Below are positions 19,630-28,121 of a DNA stretch of 64,000 bases, piece after piece (the stretch's first letter is position 1; each line of letters opens with the position of its first letter). This stretch comes from an uncultured Planctomycetaceae bacterium (GTDB lineage Bacteria; Planctomycetota; Planctomycetia; Isosphaerales; Isosphaeraceae). Location of the stretch: contig CAWIAD010000001.1 of NCBI GenBank assembly GCA_963833985.1, positions 2,432,001 to 2,496,000 of the forward strand, given 5' to 3'. Made by a program: the position numbers and the translations under genes. The notes under the pieces were generated by a model. The model did no database searches, had not been told where the DNA came from, and saw nothing but the letters and a program-made list of their open reading frames with translations.

Positions 19630-22600
19630 ATGAAATACAGCGATCTGGTCAAGTTCGAGCCTATCGAGACCGTCATCGAGCTTGAGCAGGCGAACTCGCT
19701 CGCGGCCGTCCGGCAACTTGTCGGGATATTTGTGATTTCAAAGCACATGGCTGAAGACCTGTGCAATCTGGTGATCCCCAACCTGCAATTCGATACGCCC
19801 GCCGACAACAAGGGCTTCCTGATCGTTGGCAATTACGGCACGGGTAAGAGCCACTTGCTCTCACTCATCTCCGGGCTGGCCGAACACTCCGAGATGGCGA
19901 AGGTCGTCAAAGACAAGGACGTGGCGAAGGCGGCGAGGGCGATCTCCGGCAAATTCAAGGTCGTTCGCCTGGAAATCCCCGCCACTAAGAAGAGTCTCCG
20001 CAATATCATCTGCGGCAGGCTCGAAGATTTCATGTCGAACGAAGGACTGTCCTTCAATTTCCCTGCCGAGGACCAAGTTGATAGCAACAAGGACGACCTG
20101 TCGGCCATGATGGCTCAGTTCAACGAGAAGTACCCTGACCACGGGCTACTCCTGGTCGTCGACGAGCTGCTCGATTACCTGAAGTCTCGCAAACAGCATG
20201 ATCTCGTACTGGACTTGGGGTTCCTGCGGGAGATCGGCGAGGTCTGCAAACGCATCCGCTTCCGCTTCATTGCGGGCTTGCAGGAGAGTCTGTTCGACAA
20301 CCCGAAGTTCCAGTTCGTCGCCGAGAGCCTGCGACGGGTCAAGGCTCGCTTCGAGCAACTTCGCATCGTCCGGGAAGACGTGGCCTACGTCGTCTCCGAG
20401 CGGTTGCTGACCAAGAATGACGAGCAGCGGGCCAAGATTCGGGAACACCTTCAGAAGTTCACACCGCTCTACGGAGGCATGGCCGAACGGCTCGAAGAGT
20501 TCGTGCGACTGTTTCCCGTCCACCCGGCCTACCTGGAAGTCTTCGAGCGCGTTTTTGTCGCCGAAAAGCGGGAAGTGCTGAAGACGTTGAGCGCCGAGAT
20601 CAAGCGCTGCCTGAATCTCGACGTGCCCACGGATCAGCCGGGCCTCATCAGCTACGACACGTACTGGGCGTTTCTCCAGGGCGACGCCGTGCTGCGAGCC
20701 GACGCGACGATCCGAGAAGTGATCGACGTGAGCACGGTGGTCGAGAACCGCATCCAGCAAGCCTTCACCCGGAAGGCCCTTCAGCCGATGGCCGAGCGGA
20801 TCATCCACGGCCTGTCGATCCAACGGCTGACGACCGACGATATCAGGGCCAAGATCGGCCCGACCGCCGAAGAGCTTCAAAACGGCCTCTGCCTGATGGC
20901 CCCGATCCCGGAGAAGACCAGCGACTTCCTGCGAACCACGGTGGAAGCTTGCCTGAAGGAGATCATGAAGACGGTCAGCGGGCAGTTCATCACGCACAAC
21001 ACCGAGAACGACCAGTATTACCTCGACCTGCAAAAGACCATCGATCACGACGCCAAGATCCAGGACAAGGCCGATACGCTCTCCGACTCCCAACTGGACC
21101 AATACTACTTCGACGCCCTCACCCGGGTTCTGGAACTCACCGATCAGCCGCCTTACGTCCGGGGCTACCAGATTTGGGAACACGAGATCGAGTGGCGAGA
21201 GCACAAGATCACACGCCGAGGCTACCTCTTCTTCGGCGCACCCAATGAGCGATCGACGGCCCAGCCGCCGCGTGACTTCTACATCTACTTCCTTCAGCCG
21301 TTCGAGCCACCGCATTTCGACGATCAGAAGCTCGCCGACGAGGTTTTCTTCAAGCTGACGCACCGGGACAAACAGTTTCAGGAAGCGCTTCGCCTCTACG
21401 CGGGCGCTCGTGAAATGGCGGCCTCGGCTAGTAGCGGCACGAAGAAGGTCTACGACGACAAAGCGGACGGGTTGCTCAAGACGCTGGTGGCGTGGCTACG
21501 CTCTAACATGCTGACCTCGTTCGAGGTCGTTCACCAGGGCGTCCCCAAGAAAATGGTTGAGTGGCTCAAAGGCCACCGCACGGGCAACGCTGCCGTGCGT
21601 GATCTTCTCGAACTCACCGGGTCCGTTTGCCTGGCGACCTCGTTCGAGGATCGTTATCCGGAGTACCCGACTTTCACGGTCAAGCTCGTTGCGAGCAACC
21701 TCAAGCAACCAACGGAGGACGTCATCCGCTGGCTGGCGGGAGGGGTTAAGAATCAACTCGCCTCCTCCGTGTTGGACGGGCTGGAACTGCTCGACGGCGA
21801 TAAGCTGAAGCCGCAAAAGTCTTGTTACGCCAAGGTCGTCCTTGAGAAGCTGGAAGCCAAACCTCCCGGACAGGTCGTCAATCGCAAGGAGCTCATCACC
21901 GTCAAGAATGGCGTGGAGTTGGAGTCTCGTTATCAACTTGAGCCCGAGTTTTTGCTGATCGTCCTGGCTTCGCTCGTTCAGAACGGCAACCTCACCCTGA
22001 GCGTGGCCGGAAAGAAGCTCGATGCCGCCAACCTGGGCGAAGCGACGAAGACTCCCCTGGATCAACTGGTGGCGTTCAAACATGTGGAGAAGCCAAAGGG
22101 CTTGCCTTTGGCCGAGTTGGTCGCCCTGTTCGAGTTGCTTGGGTTGGCCGAAGGGCTGATCCGCAACGAGAACACGCACGACGAGGCGGTGAAGCAACTT
22201 CGATCCAAGGCCAACGAACTGACTGAGAAGGTCGTCACGGTCGCCCAGCATGTTCAGACCGGCCTCCCTTGCTGGGGCAGCGAACTAATTCCCGCCGAGG
22301 ATCGCGAGAATCAGCGGCAGAAGCTCGATGACCTCAAGAGTTTCCTTGAAGGTTTGCAAGCGTTCAACACGCCTGGCAAGCTCAAGAACTTCTCCAAGAG
22401 CGTGCTGGAGATTCAGGGGCATGTCGCCACCCTCGATCTCATCAAGCAAATCGAAGACCTGAACACGCTCGTGCAAGAGTTGACGGCACTGACCAGTTAC
22501 CTGGGAACCGCTGCTGCCGTGCTTCCGTCATCAGACCCGTGGCGGACGCAAATGGAGTGCATGCGAAGCGAGTGGCGTGCCAAGCTGATGGACCCCAGCG

Positions 22601-23340
22601 TTCGCAACGCCGCCGATTTCCGCCAGAAGATCAACCGTGCTTTGCAGAATGTGAAGGACGATTACCGCACGGCCTATTTCAATCTGCACAAGAAGGCCCG
22701 CCTCGGGGCCAACGAAGACGGGAAGAAGAAGGAACTCCTCAAGGACGCCCGGCTCGAAAGCCTGAAGAAACTGGCCGGGGTATCACTCCTCTCGCATTCG
22801 ACATTGACCGATCTTCAGTCAAAGCTGGCCAAGGTGCTGACTTGCTTCACTCTGGTCAAGGATGACCTCGATTCCTCGGCCATCTGCCCGCATTGCAACT
22901 TCCGACCGCAGGAGGAGAGCCTCGGTGCGAGCGGTGTCGCGGTCCTCGACCACATCGACCAGCAGCTTGACGCCCTCATCGAGAACTGGACGAAAACGCT
23001 GCTCGACAACCTGGATGATCCCACCGCCAGGAAGAGCATTGATCTGTTGCCGGAGGCTCAGAAGCGAGCCGTCGATGCCTTCCTCAAGAGCAAGAAGCTC
23101 CCAGAGAAGATCAGCAACGATCTTGTTCAGGGGATGCAGACGGCGTTGTCTGGATTGACCGCCATTTCCGTGAAGACGACCGACTTGCTCGAAGCTCTTA
23201 GCGCTGGCGGTGCTCCCTGCACGGTCGAGCAGATTCATGATCGCTTCGGGGATTTCGTTGGGAAGATCACTCGCGGCAAGGAACCGGCCAAGGTTCGTCT
23301 TCTCATCGATCGCGGCGAGACTCCAGGAGCGAAGGCGTGA
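19630..23340 (+). CDS. brxC: BREX type 3 ATPase BrxC/PglY (DUF6079-like)
   Basis: 1236 aa; GNYGTGKSHL, VVDELLDYL, FPVHP; C-terminal CPHC. Confidence 0.88.
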   Translation: MKYSDLVKFEPIETVIELEQANSLAAVRQLVGIFVISKHMAEDLCNLVIPNLQFDTPADNKGFLIVGNYGTGKSHLLSLISGLAEHSEMAKVVKDKDVAKAARAISGKFKVVRLEIPATKKSLRNIICGRLEDFMSNEGLSFNFPAEDQVDSNKDDLSAMMAQFNEKYPDHGLLLVVDELLDYLKSRKQHDLVLDLGFLREIGEVCKRIRFRFIAGLQESLFDNPKFQFVAESLRRVKARFEQLRIVREDVAYVVSERLLTKNDEQRAKIREHLQKFTPLYGGMAERLEEFVRLFPVHPAYLEVFERVFVAEKREVLKTLSAEIKRCLNLDVPTDQPGLISYDTYWAFLQGDAVLRADATIREVIDVSTVVENRIQQAFTRKALQPMAERIIHGLSIQRLTTDDIRAKIGPTAEELQNGLCLMAPIPEKTSDFLRTTVEACLKEIMKTVSGQFITHNTENDQYYLDLQKTIDHDAKIQDKADTLSDSQLDQYYFDALTRVLELTDQPPYVRGYQIWEHEIEWREHKITRRGYLFFGAPNERSTAQPPRDFYIYFLQPFEPPHFDDQKLADEVFFKLTHRDKQFQEALRLYAGAREMAASASSGTKKVYDDKADGLLKTLVAWLRSNMLTSFEVVHQGVPKKMVEWLKGHRTGNAAVRDLLELTGSVCLATSFEDRYPEYPTFTVKLVASNLKQPTEDVIRWLAGGVKNQLASSVLDGLELLDGDKLKPQKSCYAKVVLEKLEAKPPGQVVNRKELITVKNGVELESRYQLEPEFLLIVLASLVQNGNLTLSVAGKKLDAANLGEATKTPLDQLVAFKHVEKPKGLPLAELVALFELLGLAEGLIRNENTHDEAVKQLRSKANELTEKVVTVAQHVQTGLPCWGSELIPAEDRENQRQKLDDLKSFLEGLQAFNTPGKLKNFSKSVLEIQGHVATLDLIKQIEDLNTLVQELTALTSYLGTAAAVLPSSDPWRTQMECMRSEWRAKLMDPSVRNAADFRQKINRALQNVKDDYRTAYFNLHKKARLGANEDGKKKELLKDARLESLKKLAGVSLLSHSTLTDLQSKLAKVLTCFTLVKDDLDSSAICPHCNFRPQEESLGASGVAVLDHIDQQLDALIENWTKTLLDNLDDPTARKSIDLLPEAQKRAVDAFLKSKKLPEKISNDLVQGMQTALSGLTAISVKTTDLLEALSAGGAPCTVEQIHDRFGDFVGKITRGKEPAKVRLLIDRGETPGAKA

Positions 23341-23372
23341 TGACTTCGCTCATTCTGAACCCCAAGCTGAGC

Positions 23373-23423
23373 TTGGTCACTGACCAACCTCCAAGCCGTC
23401 CAATCCACTTGGTCACTGACCAA
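23373..23423. promoter_or_regulatory. Two copies of the palindrome TTGGTCA-C-TGACCAA upstream of pglXI (putative operators)
   Basis: Identical 15-mers at 23373-23387 and 23409-23423. Confidence 0.5.
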
Positions 23424-23566
23424 GTTGGTCGATCGTCCTCGAACATGAACATCACCGCGAGTATGGGCGTCGCATCTGACGATGGCCCTGACGGCGGCAT
23501 CGACGCCGCCGAGATCGAGCGGATCGCTCGCAAGAAGATTCTCCTGGAAGGATAAAGGCAAGAATC

Positions 23567-26272
23567 ATGGCGAAGAAGTCCCACAAACCGCAATCAGAGC
23601 GGCTGTTTGAAGAGCACCTGGTTCCTGCCGAGCCAGGGTCGGGAAGGCTGTTCGACGTCAGCTACTCGGTCGATCGGTCAAAGCCTGTCGAATGCCTGGG
23701 GATGACGTTTGCCAATGACGAGGCTCGACGGGATTATTTCACGGCGAAGTTGCGCGAGAAGTTGAAGGACCCGGTCTTTCGCAAGATCGAGGGCTTTCCA
23801 GTTGGAGACGATGAGGACATCCTTGAGTTATCCGACCCGCCCTTTTATACCGCTTGCCCAAATCCGTTCCTTGCACAATTCATTGCCCATTACGGTAAGC
23901 GATATGACCCTACATTGGAGTACAAGCGGGAACCAATTGCCGCTGACGTGAGTGAAGCTCGTACGGAAATACTCTACACGGCACACTCGTACCACACCAA
24001 AGTGCCGCCACGCGCGATCGCACGGTATATCCTTCACTTCACTTCGCCCGGCGAGCTCGTGCTCGATGCTTTTTCCGGCTCGGGGATGTCTGGAGTCGCA
24101 TGCGGTCTATGCGCCGAGAGCGAACTGGCCAAGGAGTGCGGCGCAGAGGCAGGAATTCGGTATCCAGTGCTCTGCGACCTGTCGGCTGCGGCTACATTCA
24201 TAGCGTCTGTGTATCTGAATCCTCCCAATGTAGAACGCTTCGCAACTGCTTCGCAGGCACTCATCGTCAACGCGGAGAAAGATCTTGGCACCCTCTGGAA
24301 GACCGATTCTGGCGATCCCGTCGAGTTTCAGATCTGGACAGAGGTCTTCGCATGCCCACATTGCCAGCAGCCGGTCATCACGGAGCGCGTGGTGGACGCC
24401 ACCGAAGACATCGGAACTGCCAAAGAATTTCCCTGCCCTCACTGCAATGGCATCGTTAGCAAAGCTCCGTCGAAGGGCAGCAATTCGACTCGTCTCGAAC
24501 GACGCCTGCTAAATCGCTTTGATCATGGGTTGAAAACCGCCACGACGTACCTGCCTCGGTCGCCGATTTTCTGTCAGGCTCTCGTGAAAGGGGAACGAAC
24601 AAAGCTGCCGACCATGAAGCCTCAACAGGCAAGACTTGAGTCATTGGAGCACGACTCACCGTTCTGGTATCCCGTAGATCCGCTGATTAAAGGCGAGCGA
24701 TACGAATTGAAGGACTACTGCCGAGCATATGGGATCACACACATTCATCACTTTTACCTTCCAAGGCAACTGCGCACATATAGCTATCTATGGAATGCTG
24801 CTTCTTCGGAACCAAACCGCGACTTGCGCAACGGTCTTCGGTTCTTCATCCAGTCAAATGCTCTCGGCATGACTGTCATGAACCGATTTGGCCCAACTCA
24901 CTTCTCTCAGGTAAGCAGAATCTTTTCTGGAACGCTCTACGTTCCATCCGTCGTGGCTGAGACTTCTCCCACATATACTTACCTCAACAAACGGGAGCGG
25001 CTCCTTAAGGCGTTCGCGCGGCTGAGTAATCCATCGCTCAAGTACGCGATCACAACACAAAGTTCCACGAACCTTAAGGCCATACCTGACGACAGCATTG
25101 ATTACGCGTTTGTCGATCCGCCGTTCGGTAGGAATTTGCAGTACTCAGAATTGAACCAAATTTGGGAGTCGTGGCTACGCGTTAAGACGAACCGACAACC
25201 AGAAGCCGTAATGGACGCAACTCGGCAACGGGAGATTCCAGAGTACACCGATCTGATGCGGAGCGCGTTCCGCGAATTGTTCAGGGTCTTGAAGCCCGGG
25301 CGTTGGCTCACGGTTGTATTTCATAACGCGTCAAATTCCGTCTGGTTTGCCATTCAGGAATCTTTAATGTCTGCGGGGTTTGTAATCGCAGATGTCCGCA
25401 CCCTCGACCGCGAAAGCGATACCTACAAGCAATCACGCCAAGGCCTCGTGAAACAAGACTTGGTGATTTCGACTTATAAGCCGACAAAGGAATTCGAGGA
25501 GCGATTTAGGGTCGGTGCGTCAACCGAGCAAGGCGCATGGCAATTTGTCGAACTGCATTTGAGTAACATCCCAGTGGCGGTCATGAGCGGTAACAAGTTG
25601 GAGGTTGTTCCAGAGCGCCAGAACTATCTTTTATTTGACCGTATGGTGGCGTTCCACGTTCAGAGAGGGATCGGCGTGCCTCTTTCCGCCTCCGATTTCT
25701 TTCAAGGCTTGAAGCAGCGTTTTCCAGAGCGAGACGAAATGTACTTTCTGCCAAGTCAGGTGTCTGAGTATGAGCAAAATCGAATGCATGCAAGCGTTCT
25801 GGAGCAGCCTGAGCTTTTCGTTTCGGACGAGAAGAGCGCGATTCAATGGGTGCGCCGCCAGTTGGCGACCATCCCCGCTAGTTACCAGGACCTCCAACCG
25901 ACATATATGCGAGAAGCCCAACGGGTCTGGGAAAAACACGAGCAGCCCATCGAACTCCTCCGCATCCTGGAGGAGAATTTCGTTCAGGACTCAAGTGGTG
26001 CGTGGCATATCGCTGACTCCAACAACGAAGTTCACTTGGAACAGCTTCGACATAGATCGCTGATGAAGGAGTTCCAGCAATACCTCGACACCAAGAGCAA
26101 ACTCAAGGTCGTTCGCACCGAGGCGCTTCGTGCTGGCTTTAAGGACTGCTGGCAGAAGAAGGACTATGCGACCATCGTGCATACGGCAAGACGGGTCCCT
26201 GAATTGGTGATTCAAGAAGACCAATCTTTGCTGATGTACTTCGATAACGCTTCGTTGTTGCTGGGCGAGTAA
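23567..26272 (+). CDS. pglXI: BREX type 3 DNA methyltransferase PglXI
   Basis: ACPNPF, HSYHTKVP, LDAFSGSGMSG (SAM), CPHC x2, catalytic DPPF, RVLKPGRW. Confidence 0.88.
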   Translation: MAKKSHKPQSERLFEEHLVPAEPGSGRLFDVSYSVDRSKPVECLGMTFANDEARRDYFTAKLREKLKDPVFRKIEGFPVGDDEDILELSDPPFYTACPNPFLAQFIAHYGKRYDPTLEYKREPIAADVSEARTEILYTAHSYHTKVPPRAIARYILHFTSPGELVLDAFSGSGMSGVACGLCAESELAKECGAEAGIRYPVLCDLSAAATFIASVYLNPPNVERFATASQALIVNAEKDLGTLWKTDSGDPVEFQIWTEVFACPHCQQPVITERVVDATEDIGTAKEFPCPHCNGIVSKAPSKGSNSTRLERRLLNRFDHGLKTATTYLPRSPIFCQALVKGERTKLPTMKPQQARLESLEHDSPFWYPVDPLIKGERYELKDYCRAYGITHIHHFYLPRQLRTYSYLWNAASSEPNRDLRNGLRFFIQSNALGMTVMNRFGPTHFSQVSRIFSGTLYVPSVVAETSPTYTYLNKRERLLKAFARLSNPSLKYAITTQSSTNLKAIPDDSIDYAFVDPPFGRNLQYSELNQIWESWLRVKTNRQPEAVMDATRQREIPEYTDLMRSAFRELFRVLKPGRWLTVVFHNASNSVWFAIQESLMSAGFVIADVRTLDRESDTYKQSRQGLVKQDLVISTYKPTKEFEERFRVGASTEQGAWQFVELHLSNIPVAVMSGNKLEVVPERQNYLLFDRMVAFHVQRGIGVPLSASDFFQGLKQRFPERDEMYFLPSQVSEYEQNRMHASVLEQPELFVSDEKSAIQWVRRQLATIPASYQDLQPTYMREAQRVWEKHEQPIELLRILEENFVQDSSGAWHIADSNNEVHLEQLRHRSLMKEFQQYLDTKSKLKVVRTEALRAGFKDCWQKKDYATIVHTARRVPELVIQEDQSLLMYFDNASLLLGE

Positions 26273-26279
26273 GTTAACC

Positions 26280-26528
26280 ATGACCACCCTGGCGAGTTTT
26301 GCAATCGGTAGCTCGGCCCTTCGTGCGGCCCACGCGGTGTGGGTGCGTACGCTCGATGCCGAGTCGGTCTGGAAACACACCGACTATCAGGTCCGGATTC
26401 CGCGATTGGTCATGGTCGAACAAGTTCGCGCCGTATCGCTTTCGCCGGCTCAACCGACGAATGCGACCTACCTCGGATATACCTCGACCAAGTCCCTCGG
26501 ACGGGAGAACAAGGCTGAACCCGCATGA
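26280..26528 (+). pseudogene. Degenerate duplicate of the brxHII 5' end
   Basis: AAHAVWVRTLDAESVWKHTDYQVRIPRL...SLSPAQPTNAT aligns with BrxHII AAHGESVRILDVETVWSHTVYQVWIPRL...SLSPDQPTKAT. Confidence 0.75.
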
Positions 26529-27943
26529 CGAGTCCCGAAACAATGACCCTGGTCGAACTCCACAAGCTCGTTGCCGAGAGCAAGGGTGAATGGGAGCACC
26601 TGGAGTTCAAGAAGACCACTGGCGAGTTGCACGGGGGAATGGAGACGCTGTGCGCCTTCCTCAACGGCGTGGGCGGGAAAGTCCTGTTCGGGGTGACCAA
26701 TGCGGGCAAAATTCAGGGGCAGGACATGGCTGACGCCACATACCAGGAAGTGGCGAACGCCATTCGCAAGTTGGAACCTCCCGCATGGATCGAGCAAATC
26801 CGCGTCCCCGTCGCGGGCACCAAGGAAGTCCTGATCCTGGAGACGACTCAGCAGACGGACGGCCCATACACCTTTGACGGCCGACCTTACCAGCGTATCG
26901 GCAACACGACCTCCCGGATGCCGCAGGCGGAGTATCAGCGGCGTCTGCTGGCGCGAGTCTACCTCAAGCATCGTTGGGAGAATCACCCCGCTGAAAGGTA
27001 CTCGGTCGCGGATTTGGATCTTGCCGAGGTGGAGCGAACGCACCGAATCGCCATCGATGTGCGGCGCTTGGAGACACCTTTTACGTCACCGTTGGATACC
27101 CTGGACCGGTTGCAATTGCGCCGGGATGGGCTTTTGCTCCAGGCGGCGGTCGTGCTTTTCGGCAAAAAGCAAATGCCCGATTACCCCCAGTGTGCCCTGC
27201 GGATGGCCCGGTTTCGAGGCACAACCAAGGATGAATTTATCGACCAACGGCAAATCCACGGTCATGCGTTCAACATCTTGGAAGAAGCCGCTCTGTTCTT
27301 GCGGCGTCACGTCGCCGTGGCAGGCTGGTTCGAGGAAGGCAAGCTGGAGCGGCAGGAGAAACCAGGATTTCCCTTCCTTGCACTCCGCGAAGCAGTCGTC
27401 AATGCGATATGCCATCGCGATTATTCGATACCCGGCGGAGCGGTCCACGTCGCCGTGTACGACGACCGGCTAGAGATCATAAGCACGGGCCTGCTGCCAC
27501 CGGGCATTACCGTGGCCGACCTCAAGCAAGACCATGCCTCACGGCCGCGCAATCCGCTGATCGCCGAACCGTTTTATCTGCGTTCCCTGATCGAGAAGTG
27601 GGGCCGCGGAACGCAAAGAATTGTGACGCTGTGCCGGGACGGTGGCTACCCTGACCCCGAGTTCTTGGAAGCGGCAGGCGCGGTCACCGTGCGATTCCCG
27701 GCAGCCGGCTACCAAGCGGCGACAAAAGCTCGGTCTCACTTGACGGAACGCCAGCGGAGCATTGTGTCGATCCTGAGCGACGGGAGAGAGCGGTCTTTCC
27801 CCGATTTATTCGAGGCGATGGAGAGCCCACCGAGCGCACGGACAGTTCAGGCTGAAATGCGCGCGTTGCGCGATCTCGGATTGATCGGTTCTCGGGGACG
27901 CGGGAAATCCGCAAGGTGGTGGCTCAAGGAGGGCGAGTCATAA
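26525..27943 (+). CDS. Schlafen/AlbA_2 domain plus HATPase-like domain plus winged-HTH protein
   Basis: EWEHLEFK, CAFLNGVGGKVLFGV, LREAVVNAICHRDY, RNPLIA, EKWGRG, C-terminal wHTH. Confidence 0.88.
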   Translation: MTSPETMTLVELHKLVAESKGEWEHLEFKKTTGELHGGMETLCAFLNGVGGKVLFGVTNAGKIQGQDMADATYQEVANAIRKLEPPAWIEQIRVPVAGTKEVLILETTQQTDGPYTFDGRPYQRIGNTTSRMPQAEYQRRLLARVYLKHRWENHPAERYSVADLDLAEVERTHRIAIDVRRLETPFTSPLDTLDRLQLRRDGLLLQAAVVLFGKKQMPDYPQCALRMARFRGTTKDEFIDQRQIHGHAFNILEEAALFLRRHVAVAGWFEEGKLERQEKPGFPFLALREAVVNAICHRDYSIPGGAVHVAVYDDRLEIISTGLLPPGITVADLKQDHASRPRNPLIAEPFYLRSLIEKWGRGTQRIVTLCRDGGYPDPEFLEAAGAVTVRFPAAGYQAATKARSHLTERQRSIVSILSDGRERSFPDLFEAMESPPSARTVQAEMRALRDLGLIGSRGRGKSARWWLKEGES

Positions 27944-27950
27944 TGCCGTC

Positions 27951-28010
27951 GAGTGCAGTCGAGCGCAGCCCAGCGCAATCGGGCGCAGCCCAGTGCAATC
28001 GAGCGCGGTC
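27951..28010. repeat. Six imperfect 10-bp tandem units
   Basis: GAGTGCAGTC/GAGCGCAGCC/CAGCGCAATC/GGGCGCAGCC/CAGTGCAATC/GAGCGCGGTC. Confidence 0.7.
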
Positions 28011-28121
28011 CACGACTGTCGTCGGAAGTCGTGCGCCGTCGCGCGGAACTACCTGGAATGGTGCGACGCTGCCACGAGAAAGGCGTCGGGAACCATGAAA
28101 TCAGCGGGCATCCCCAATTCG

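Noticed and set aside
23337..23555. 72-aa ORF as a BREX accessory gene
   Set aside because: No recognisable motif; its LVTDQ repeat simply reflects the DNA palindromes; left uncalled
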